Shown one piece after another: positions 19,315-27,706 of a stretch of DNA of 64,000 bases. A program made the position numbers and the translations under genes. The notes below the pieces were generated by a model. It saw only the letters and a program-made list of their open reading frames with translations, searched no databases and was not told the origin of the DNA. The stretch is from Leptospiraceae bacterium (GTDB taxonomy: Bacteria > Spirochaetota > Leptospiria > Leptospirales > Leptonemataceae), in contig JAVJNR010000004.1 of the NCBI GenBank assembly GCA_040217195.1, positions 768,001-832,000 on the forward strand, written 5' to 3'. Within the stretch, counting starts at the first letter, position 1; each line of letters opens with the position of its first letter.

Positions 19315-19423
19315 TGAGGACAATATCGAAAGATTTGCCCTGACAGTCAACTCCGGAAAGAATAAAAATCTACGGTATTGGATTTTGGAGTGGTGCAAAT
19401 AGAGCCCCCCATCCGAATGATCC

Positions 19424-21286
19424 GTGCGCATTCCCTATCGCTACAAACTTAGCTTTTCCATTGGTATGCTTTCGGTGCTTATTACCGGTGGAGCGCTGTT
19501 CTTTTTTTATCGTACCATCTACAGAACTGTATGGGATCAAATGACTCTGCGGTTAATGGATGTGGCCGGCACCGGCATCAGTCTGATGAGCTCGGAAGAA
19601 AAGAAGGCTCTGGATGGCATGGCGCTGAGAATCCGCGAAATCACTCCTGCGGATTCCATCCAGTCCGAAGCCCTGAATGCCATTGGGGCCGGAGATATTT
19701 CGGAGCCGCTGGAAGATGACCAGGTTGCGGAGCTGGAATCGGACGCAGATTTTCTGGCTCTGGTAGATCTTTTGAATCGAATCAAGGATGGCACATCCAG
19801 GGATGGAAAAAGACTCATTCGCTATGCCTATTTTCTCACTCCGGTGCCCGGACGACCAGGATACATGCAGTTCGTGGCCGATGCAGATTTTTACGCCTAC
19901 GATTATAATGAAGACGGCATTATTGGAGATGAAGAAACAGCCGCCACTCCAGGTACAATCTACAACGCTTCTGAATTTCTGGAGCTGGCTCGCGCAGAAA
20001 AAGAAAAGATCATAACTGCCGATCCGGAGTTTACGGAGGACAACTGGGGCATCATGGTTTCAGCCTATGCGCCTGTGCTGGACGAAAAAGGAAACGTAAT
20101 CGGCCTTCTGGGCCTGGACATGTTGGCCAACAACGAATACAACCTGGTAAACGATCTTTTCTGGCTGTACATCGGAATCGTAATTATCAGTATGCTCCTT
20201 ACAGTTTCAGCGGCCTACCTGATGGGAGGTCTTCTCACCAGGCCGGTAAATATACTTCGCACCGGCGCCGAACGCGTTCGCAACCGTCAATTCGATACCG
20301 AAATCACAATCAAGACAAACGATGAACTGGAGGTCCTGGGCGATACCTTCAATGCCATGACCCGGGAGATTCGGGATTTCTCGGCGAATCTGCAGAAGCA
20401 AAACCAGGCCTTCTTTCGCTTTGTCCCCACCGAATTCGTGCAGATCCTGGGCAAGGACAATGCGGTGGATATAAATGCAGGAGAGTCCAACGTTCTTCGC
20501 ATGTCTGTATTGTTTTCCGACATCCGATCCTTTACTACCATCAGCGAAGACATGACTCCATCCGAAGTTCTGGACTTTGTGAACAGCTACCTGGAAGTGA
20601 TGGAACCGGTAATCCATGATCATGGAGGTTTCATCGATAAGTATCTGGGGGATGGGATTATGGCACTGTTCATCGAAAGAGATGGTATTTCCTCTGCGAA
20701 CCGGGCCGTGAACGCTGCAGTCGCCATGCAGAGAGAGCTTTCAGGATTCAACGAATTCAGAAAGGATCAGGGAGTAGCACCCATTCTAACTGGAATGGGA
20801 ATCGCCACCGGCGATGTGATCATTGGCACCGTAGGAACTCAGACCAGGCTGGATACCACGGTTCTCGGGCATTCAGTGAATATGGCCAGTCGCCTGGAAA
20901 GCCTCACTCCTTCCTACGGGATTTCCATCCTGATTACCGAAGATACCTTTTCCGATCTGGCCGACCCCGAGCAATACATGCACCGTGAAATCGACACCGT
21001 GATTGCTAAAGGGATGCGAAAGCCTAATCTACTCTATGAAATCTTCGATGCAGATACCCAGGATCAACAGATGTTCAAAGAAAAGAGCAAGGTTCATCTT
21101 CACAAAGGGATTCTATTATACAAGCTGGGTCAATTCCAGGATGCGTACCGGGAGTTTTTACAAATCTACGAAATGGACCCCAGGGACCGGGTTGCACGGA
21201 TCTATTTAAAGCGCTGTAAGAAATTCCTGGAAGCACCGCCTCCGGAAGACTGGCAGGGCTCCATGCGATTGAGTCGAAAGGCCTAG
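19424..21286 (+). CDS. Membrane adenylate cyclase (extracytoplasmic sensor, HAMP, class III cyclase, C-terminal TPR-like region)
   Basis: Two TMs, HAMP (TNDELEVLGDTFNAM), VLFSDIRSFT, IDKYLGDGIMALF and RLDTTVLGHSVNMASRLES. Confidence 0.93.
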   Translation: MRIPYRYKLSFSIGMLSVLITGGALFFFYRTIYRTVWDQMTLRLMDVAGTGISLMSSEEKKALDGMALRIREITPADSIQSEALNAIGAGDISEPLEDDQVAELESDADFLALVDLLNRIKDGTSRDGKRLIRYAYFLTPVPGRPGYMQFVADADFYAYDYNEDGIIGDEETAATPGTIYNASEFLELARAEKEKIITADPEFTEDNWGIMVSAYAPVLDEKGNVIGLLGLDMLANNEYNLVNDLFWLYIGIVIISMLLTVSAAYLMGGLLTRPVNILRTGAERVRNRQFDTEITIKTNDELEVLGDTFNAMTREIRDFSANLQKQNQAFFRFVPTEFVQILGKDNAVDINAGESNVLRMSVLFSDIRSFTTISEDMTPSEVLDFVNSYLEVMEPVIHDHGGFIDKYLGDGIMALFIERDGISSANRAVNAAVAMQRELSGFNEFRKDQGVAPILTGMGIATGDVIIGTVGTQTRLDTTVLGHSVNMASRLESLTPSYGISILITEDTFSDLADPEQYMHREIDTVIAKGMRKPNLLYEIFDADTQDQQMFKEKSKVHLHKGILLYKLGQFQDAYREFLQIYEMDPRDRVARIYLKRCKKFLEAPPPEDWQGSMRLSRKA

Positions 21287-21332
21287 GAGTCGGCATTCCC
21301 CCGGTTCGCCTGATTCAGGGTAAAACCGGACC

Positions 21333-22391
21333 CTAAAGGGATTTCACAGCAAGGATATCCATGGTATCCCCGAACCCTTTTCGCATGGCCCACTTTCTGT
21401 AGAATGAATCGCCCATATAACGAATCCAGCCACAGGCCCGCTTTCGATGAAAACTGGATGGACGGGAGGCTATTTGCTTCAGTCCATACAGTTCCAGAGT
21501 AAGTGCCATACTTTCCGGGCTGTAATCGGCGAAGTGATCTTCCGGATGGCTGCTAAGCCATTTTTCTGGAGAGCAGCGAAATAGAGGACCATGATAGGAA
21601 GGTAAAGAGAGTAGTAGCAGTCCTCCAGGTTTTAGAAGCTGTGCCATTCGCCTGAACGTAAGTTGTTGATCCGGAAAGTGTTCCAGGGTATAAAACGCTG
21701 CCAGCAAATCCATGGCTGTTTCTCCGCCGGAAAGAATTGAATTACCGGTATTGGATGGATTGTGATCAGCCGGCGCCGAGTAAGCATTCCCGGTGGGGGC
21801 TGTGTCTGCAGTGAGCGACGCATCCGCGGCTGACAGTCCATTTGCAAAAAGCGCTGACTCCTCGATTTCGGATCTATCTGCGAAAGACGTTTCCACTGAG
21901 ACGGACGAACCGTCTAGAAATCGAAATAGTTCCGGTGAGGCGAAACTGGCATTCAGGATCTGGTGTCCCTTCCTCTGCGCAATCTCGGAAGCATAACGGG
22001 AGATCTCCACTCCCAGGGTGCGATAACCTCGTTGCTTCGCCTCGTCCAGAAAAAATCCTGCAGCACTGCCAATCTCCAGCAGCGTGGGCCCTCTGGCTGA
22101 CCAGTCTACTTCCAGACCGGAATGCACCAGTACCCGGTCCATCCAGTCCAGCCGGGAGGCCGCCAGACGGCGAAGGTTGGGCTCATCCTCCAGATAGGAT
22201 TTTCCATACTGGGATTCGTATTCGGACAGGAAGTAATCTGGACCGTAGTCCACAGAACGGGCTTTCAGGTAGTAGATTACTCCGTTGGAGCTTATTGCAA
22301 AATGGTCTGCATTATCCAATCCGGCGAATTTCGGAAAGGTCCTGGATAGAGGGATCAGAGGTTTTCTTGTATGCTGACAGAATGCAGGCAT
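21333..22391 (-). CDS. Class I SAM-dependent methyltransferase
   Basis: LLEIGSAAGFFL, LGVEIS, FYTLEH and LLKPGGLL. Confidence 0.88.
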   Translation of the reverse strand: MPAFCQHTRKPLIPLSRTFPKFAGLDNADHFAISSNGVIYYLKARSVDYGPDYFLSEYESQYGKSYLEDEPNLRRLAASRLDWMDRVLVHSGLEVDWSARGPTLLEIGSAAGFFLDEAKQRGYRTLGVEISRYASEIAQRKGHQILNASFASPELFRFLDGSSVSVETSFADRSEIEESALFANGLSAADASLTADTAPTGNAYSAPADHNPSNTGNSILSGGETAMDLLAAFYTLEHFPDQQLTFRRMAQLLKPGGLLLLSLPSYHGPLFRCSPEKWLSSHPEDHFADYSPESMALTLELYGLKQIASRPSSFHRKRACGWIRYMGDSFYRKWAMRKGFGDTMDILAVKSL

Positions 22392-22393
22392 GT

Positions 22394-23128
22394 TTAAACT
22401 GGCATCCCGCTTTCTCGAGCGGACTGACCAAAAATGCGATTCTCCGCTTCCATTACAGGAACCAGAAAGGCAGGGAATAGTAATGCCTGGCCGCCACGAA
22501 GCAATCGCACTGTGCCATCGGACTTTCGGCTCCAGAAAATCTCTCTGTAGTCCATTTCCAGGGTATAGAAGTGCTCAACCGAATGTCCCAGGACCATGGC
22601 AGCCCTTCCCCCGGACCATTCAAACAATATCAATGCATGACCCGGACGGCACGTGGCGCTTCGGCCTCGCACGGAAAAAACCGGATACATCCTGTTATTA
22701 TGCATCACCATCGCTCCATGAAAGCCCCGCTTTTGCACCACCTCTTCGAATCGAACCACTGTTTTCATCCATCGAAGGGGCATGGCATACCGGGCTTCAG
22801 CGGTAATCACTACCTGATATTTTTCAGGGCCTGCTTTTGCATGATTGCTGCGAAAATGCTGAACTTCCTGGGAATCTGGATGCCAGCCAGAAGTAGTCCA
22901 GGACGGTTGCTTTCCAGAGTTTACCCCCGAGCGATTTCTCAGTTCATCAGAAATTAGCTCATAAGCCTGAATAATCTCTCTGGACCGTTCTTCAGCCCAT
23001 TGTCGATTTTCGGGGTTTCTATCCGGATGCACCATCAGCATAGCTTTGCGAAAGCTACGCTTCAGGGTTCTCTCATCTGGCAACGTTTCCAGTTCCAGAA
23101 GCGAAAGACAGGATTCCACCGTTTCCAT
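22394..23128 (-). CDS. DnaJ (J-domain) protein with C-terminal CheW-like domain
   Basis: LKRSFRKAMLMVHPDRNP...EIIQAYELI; the C-terminal YAMPL..., MYPVFSV and ALILFEWSGGRAAMVL segments resemble CheW. Confidence 0.75.
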   Translation of the reverse strand: METVESCLSLLELETLPDERTLKRSFRKAMLMVHPDRNPENRQWAEERSREIIQAYELISDELRNRSGVNSGKQPSWTTSGWHPDSQEVQHFRSNHAKAGPEKYQVVITAEARYAMPLRWMKTVVRFEEVVQKRGFHGAMVMHNNRMYPVFSVRGRSATCRPGHALILFEWSGGRAAMVLGHSVEHFYTLEMDYREIFWSRKSDGTVRLLRGGQALLFPAFLVPVMEAENRIFGQSARESGMPV

Positions 23129-23164
23129 CTGATATATGGATCGGTCGAAATCCTGTGCTTTTCA

Positions 23165-24694
23165 CTATTTTTCCTTAGAAATTCTACGATACAGGTCAGC
23201 ACTCATGGCCGGAGAAGAAAAGATCAGAGGAATCCTCTGGAACTGGGCCCTGTTAGACTTTACATATTCATCTGCAGGGCCGCCCTGAAGGTCGGTTCCT
23301 TCCAGAAGAAAGCAATCCATGGAAGCGTACTTCTTTAAATGGTCTACAGATTTTGCGGGAAAGCTCAGCCTGGCCGGCACAAATTCATAGTAAGTGACTT
23401 CTGGTTTTAGTTCTCTGAAATGGAAATAAGGATCCGGAACAGATCTAACATAGATTGAGCTACATCCTTCGCTTACATGGATCATACGCTGCAGGGCTCT
23501 TTGCACCACAGAATCACTGGCCTGACTCACTTTTTTGTAAACGTTCATTACAGATAGGATCAGAATTCCCACTGCAAATGTTCGCAGAATCCAGCCTGCC
23601 AGACGCCTCAATCTCTGTTCACGAAAAGGAAGAGCAAAGAATGAGGCGGCCCCCAGAATCAGATATGGAAAGCTATGCATTGCGTACCAACCTTCCACGC
23701 TTAGCATACAGAATGCAGTTACCATAGGCCAGGCCAGAGATAACAATGCGAATCGATTTTCCCGAATAAGAGTCAATGTTGACTTAAAAGGAGCGTTCCA
23801 TTGTATTAGTTCCTTCCAGAGGAAAAGCCATAGACCGGCTAACGTTGTTACCAGAGCTGCAAGTACCAGCATGGAGATTGAACCTCCACCGTACTGCGAT
23901 GAAAACACTACAAAGATCCCACCCGTGGGTCCACCCCAGAGTGTTAGCAATCCAGTCTTTCGCACCAGCTGAGGTAGAAACTGCAACTGAAAAATATCCC
24001 AGTTTGCTGCGATATAGGCCATCCAGGGACTCAGTGCCAGTAGCACTCCACAGAAAGCGAAGAATAGCCCACGCCAGCGAAATAGATGAAACACTACAAC
24101 GAATGAAACACCGTATAGAGCGGCCGGATGCGAAAGGGCTCCCAGACCCAGAAATACACCGGAAAGAAGTGAGAAATGATCCTTCTTTTGCTGGAAGGCC
24201 TGATAGGAATATTGCAATGCAAGCATGCAAAATAGCAAACATAGGCCATCCATTCGAATTACGTTGGCTCCTCTCACAAAGGTTGGATCCAGAGCCAGCA
24301 GTAATGGAGCAATAAATAGCACTGGAGCATCTACCTGCAAAGACTGAAGGAATCCAGTAAGGACCAGAAGAATAGCGATAGCAATAATCAGCGAAAAGGC
24401 CCGCCCCACTTCCAGGCTTTCGCCGGTAAAAGAATATACTCCGGCCAGAGAGACCATGTACAGAGGAGAATTCCACAGGGTTGCCTGCTCCATTCCTGGA
24501 ACCAGGCCATCCAGTACCATAGTGCGAAATCCATTACCTTCAGCCAGTTCCGCTGCAGGATTGGAAAAGAGTGCCTCATCGGGCCAGGGAGGAGGATGGG
24601 AAATCCCCAGAATCTGTATCTGCAATACCAGGGCAAGTATGGCCGGCAGACTGTAGCGCAGAGTACGGGAAAATCGAATTAGAAAAGAGGACAT
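23165..24694 (-). CDS. ArnT/PMT-like (GT-C) integral membrane glycosyltransferase
   Basis: First-loop WPDEA motif, PLY, R.D and many TM helices. Confidence 0.82.
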   Translation of the reverse strand: MSSFLIRFSRTLRYSLPAILALVLQIQILGISHPPPWPDEALFSNPAAELAEGNGFRTMVLDGLVPGMEQATLWNSPLYMVSLAGVYSFTGESLEVGRAFSLIIAIAILLVLTGFLQSLQVDAPVLFIAPLLLALDPTFVRGANVIRMDGLCLLFCMLALQYSYQAFQQKKDHFSLLSGVFLGLGALSHPAALYGVSFVVVFHLFRWRGLFFAFCGVLLALSPWMAYIAANWDIFQLQFLPQLVRKTGLLTLWGGPTGGIFVVFSSQYGGGSISMLVLAALVTTLAGLWLFLWKELIQWNAPFKSTLTLIRENRFALLSLAWPMVTAFCMLSVEGWYAMHSFPYLILGAASFFALPFREQRLRRLAGWILRTFAVGILILSVMNVYKKVSQASDSVVQRALQRMIHVSEGCSSIYVRSVPDPYFHFRELKPEVTYYEFVPARLSFPAKSVDHLKKYASMDCFLLEGTDLQGGPADEYVKSNRAQFQRIPLIFSSPAMSADLYRRISKEK

Positions 24695-24708
24695 GCAAGG
24701 ACAGGATC

Positions 24709-25062
24709 TTACCCGGCCTGCACCTTCTGCAACGCATTCTCAAGACTTTCCATCACAGGAAAAACTCGATCCAGTTCGGTTACGGAGATTATCTTTTTTA
24801 CGGCAGGGGAAAGTTCAGCGATAATCAGCTCTTTTCCATGCTTGCGCAGTGCATGGTAGATGGAAAGCAGAGCGCGGACACCCGAGGATGACATATAAGA
24901 AACCTCTTGCAGGCGCACTATGACCGGGGTCTTTTTTTGCTCCAGGGAATCCAGAACGGCATGCTCAAATTCTTCGGAGTTCGTTATGTCCAAACGGCCG
25001 GAGAGGGAAACAATGAGTACATTATCTTTCTTTTCTACCAGTATTTGGTCAGTACTCATCAT
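24709..25062 (-). CDS. STAS-domain anti-sigma factor antagonist
   Basis: VSLSGRLDI...VSYMSSSGVRALL...V.KII.V.EL; start uncertain. Confidence 0.9.
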   Translation of the reverse strand: MMSTDQILVEKKDNVLIVSLSGRLDITNSEEFEHAVLDSLEQKKTPVIVRLQEVSYMSSSGVRALLSIYHALRKHGKELIIAELSPAVKKIISVTELDRVFPVMESLENALQKVQAG

Positions 25063-25090
25063 ATCCAGCAATTCCTGCTTATGGGCTCAG

Positions 25091-25303
25091 TCAATTGTTT
25101 CCGGTGGGCTCCTCCGCATTATAGGATTCCTTCCATTCAACAGTGCGGCGATTCCACTCCTCTCGCTTTTGACGATTGAACCGGAGTTCTTGATCGACAA
25201 AATCACAGAGTTCATCCAATTTTTCACGATAACTCTGAAGCCTCAGTAATTTGTCCTCATAGTCCACAGTGCAGCTATCGGCATTTTGCACTATTTTTTC
25301 CAT
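25091..25303 (-). CDS. Small hypothetical helical protein
   Basis: 70-aa charged amphipathic ORF, co-oriented and tightly packed upstream of the STAS gene. Confidence 0.55.
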   Translation of the reverse strand: MEKIVQNADSCTVDYEDKLLRLQSYREKLDELCDFVDQELRFNRQKREEWNRRTVEWKESYNAEEPTGNN

Positions 25304-25314
25304 AAGGTTTCCCC

Positions 25315-25995
25315 ATGTTTCTCAAACCATATCAGACCCTGAAAAAGGCCCTGGGCCCCTCCCATTGGTGGCCTGGAGAGAATTCTTTCGAAATCATGGT
25401 GGGTGCCATTCTTACTCAGAACACTTCGTGGAAAAATGTGGAAAAAGCTATCCACAGACTGAAGAAAGAAAAGGCACTTAGCCCAAAAAAAATGCATCGT
25501 ACCCCGGTGGGGCAGCTTGCAGAATGGATCCGCAGTTCGGGATACTTTAATCAGAAGGCTCTTACCCTCCATCGATTCCTGGACTGGTACGCCGAATACA
25601 ACTACAGGCCGGCTCAGATACTCAAAAAACATAATTCGGATTCTCATCCGGTGCGCCGGGAGCTACTTTCCGTGAAAGGGATCGGACCGGAAACGGCAGA
25701 TTCCATCCTCTGCTATGGGCTGGAGCTTCCAGTTTTTGTGGTGGATGCATACACGCACCGCTGGCTCAGCAGGTATGATTCCGGGGCCGGTCGGGCAGCA
25801 TCCGGTTCCTACAATTTAGTTCAGCAAATGGTTCAGGCCGATTTTGGCCGGCATTTTTCCGAAGCGGAACTGACGGCCCATTACAATGAATTTCATGCGC
25901 TCATTGTTCGGCTGGGTAATGGTTTCTGCAAGAAGACCGGTCCTCTGTGCAAGGAGTGTCCCCTGCGTGGAGAATGTGAAAATGCACTGGCTTGA
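25315..25995 (+). CDS. Endonuclease III-related HhH-GPD DNA glycosylase with 4Fe-4S motif
   Basis: WWP...FEIMVGAILTQNTSWKNVEKA, HhH LLSVKGIGPETADSIL, FVVDAY and C-x6-C-x2-C-x5-C. Confidence 0.92.
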   Translation: MFLKPYQTLKKALGPSHWWPGENSFEIMVGAILTQNTSWKNVEKAIHRLKKEKALSPKKMHRTPVGQLAEWIRSSGYFNQKALTLHRFLDWYAEYNYRPAQILKKHNSDSHPVRRELLSVKGIGPETADSILCYGLELPVFVVDAYTHRWLSRYDSGAGRAASGSYNLVQQMVQADFGRHFSEAELTAHYNEFHALIVRLGNGFCKKTGPLCKECPLRGECENALA

Positions 25996-26028
25996 CAGGT
26001 CCGCCGCTATGCCAATCCTACCAAACAG

Positions 26029-26925
26029 ATGCTTCGCAAAATTGCCTACTCCTTGAAAAAGGGAACCGAGGAACTGAATTATGGGCGCCCCATCATCGCT
26101 GGCTGGGCCGCCAGAACCCTGGTAGATGCTTCTGGAAATGCATCGGAGCTACACTTGCTGGATCCTGGATGCGGTCATGGCACAGATCTACTGAACTGCA
26201 AACAGGCCTACATTGACTTGCTGGAAAAGGAGAAGGTTATTGCTGCACCGGCCCTTCAACTTCATGGCGTGGAGAATTATCCGCCTTACGTAGAAGATTG
26301 CAAGAGAGAAGGAATTCATGTAGAGTCCGTGGACATTGAAAGAGAACCGTGGCCCTTCGCCGATGCAAGCATGGATGTAATTATCTGTAATCAAGTACTG
26401 GAGCATATAAAAGAAGTATTCTGGATGTTTTCCGAATTCTCCAGAATCTTGAAAACCGGTGGAAAACTCATTCTGGGTACTCCGAATCTTGCGAGCTTTC
26501 ACAATCGTATGTTGCTTCTGTTTGGTCAGCATCCTACAGCGCAGCAGAGCTTTAGCGCCCATGTAAGAAGCTTTACTTTGCCAGATCAAAAAACCCTGGC
26601 GGAAAAAGGAGGTTTCTTTCGCTTCGAAAAGCGAGCTGGATCCAACTTCTATCCCTTTCCTCCCTTCCTGAGTAAACCGCTGGCACGAATGATTCCGGGA
26701 ATGGCCTGGGGACTATTCACCTGCTACGAAAGAACTCAGAATCGTGCTCCTTACCTCGAATACATGGCAGAAGAGCTTTCAGAATTGGAAACTCCCTTCT
26801 ATGGAAGCCCTCAAAACCCCGCCAGGAAAAGATACAAACCCGTATCACGTAAGTCCGGGTCCACCGCGAAATCTAAAAAGAAAGCCAGCGGGAAGAAAGG
26901 AAAGACTACAGGACGCAAGCGATGA
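26029..26925 (+). CDS. Class I SAM-dependent methyltransferase with Lys-rich tail
   Basis: LLDPGCGHG, MDVIICNQVLEH and RILKTGG.L...TPN. Confidence 0.88.
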   Translation: MLRKIAYSLKKGTEELNYGRPIIAGWAARTLVDASGNASELHLLDPGCGHGTDLLNCKQAYIDLLEKEKVIAAPALQLHGVENYPPYVEDCKREGIHVESVDIEREPWPFADASMDVIICNQVLEHIKEVFWMFSEFSRILKTGGKLILGTPNLASFHNRMLLLFGQHPTAQQSFSAHVRSFTLPDQKTLAEKGGFFRFEKRAGSNFYPFPPFLSKPLARMIPGMAWGLFTCYERTQNRAPYLEYMAEELSELETPFYGSPQNPARKRYKPVSRKSGSTAKSKKKASGKKGKTTGRKR

Positions 26926-27614
26926 ACGACCTAAAACTAACCGGTCACGATTTAGTGGGCGATGGGTTGTATCTATTGCGATTCGAATGTCCTCCCAGCT
27001 TGCTGCAACAGTATAGCACTCCCGGACAATATGCTATCATTCGCACTTCTCCTGAACAGGAAAGGCCGGCCTTTTTTGCCATCGCTTCGAGCCCGTCTGA
27101 TACCTATGTTGAGCTTTTGATTAAGCAATCCCCCGGCTCAGCGGAGCATTTGATAGGTATGAAAAAGGAACAGACCGTAGAATGTCAGGCTATTCAGGGA
27201 CCTGGATTTTCTCTAGACTGCAGTGCCAGTAGCCCGGACATTCATATGTTTTCCATGGGGTCTGGTTATGCACCCTTTCGAGCCTTGATTCGCTCCATCG
27301 CTGAAAGCAAGGAACGGTGCAAATTACATTTATGGCAGGCTGCTTTTCGCCTGAGCTCTGTTCCTCTTCTGGATGAAATGGTAGCATTTGAAAAGGACGG
27401 ATTGATTTCTCTGCATCTATGCCTGGATGAACAAACCGAGGATACTGCACTGCCATTCTTCTCCGGTCAGGTTCAGCAAGCACTTGAAAACTTCGGCGAG
27501 GATCTGAAGGACAGTCGGCTTCTCTGGATTGGATCCCATGCATTTGTAGAATCCCTGAAGGCTGCCCTTCAGTCCATTGGAGTCGATCCGGATAGACTGG
27601 TGACCAACTACTGA
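26922..27614 (+). CDS. FAD/NAD(P)-binding oxidoreductase (FNR-like)
   Basis: PGQY, FAIASSP, GPGF and MGSGYAPFRAL; no 2Fe-2S Cys cluster. Confidence 0.8.
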   Translation: MNDLKLTGHDLVGDGLYLLRFECPPSLLQQYSTPGQYAIIRTSPEQERPAFFAIASSPSDTYVELLIKQSPGSAEHLIGMKKEQTVECQAIQGPGFSLDCSASSPDIHMFSMGSGYAPFRALIRSIAESKERCKLHLWQAAFRLSSVPLLDEMVAFEKDGLISLHLCLDEQTEDTALPFFSGQVQQALENFGEDLKDSRLLWIGSHAFVESLKAALQSIGVDPDRLVTNY

Positions 27615-27706
27615 GCCGGTCTTAGCCGGCGCTTGTAGCCGAAAGTATGCTGCATTTACTCTGATTTGCTTCAGTCTCTTCAGACAGATTATTAAAAGGC
27701 GCAAAA

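Noticed and set aside
19234..19431. Full 65-aa ORF upstream of ilvB
   Set aside because: It overlaps the divergent cyclase start and spans the predicted promoter; only the last 26 codons are credible.
21842..22480. 212-aa antisense ORF over the methyltransferase
   Set aside because: Pro/Arg/Ser-rich shadow ORF with no motifs, opposite a well-supported gene.
23784..24476. 230-aa alternative-frame ORF inside the glycosyltransferase
   Set aside because: No recognisable domain; the main frame is intact, so no frameshift is needed.
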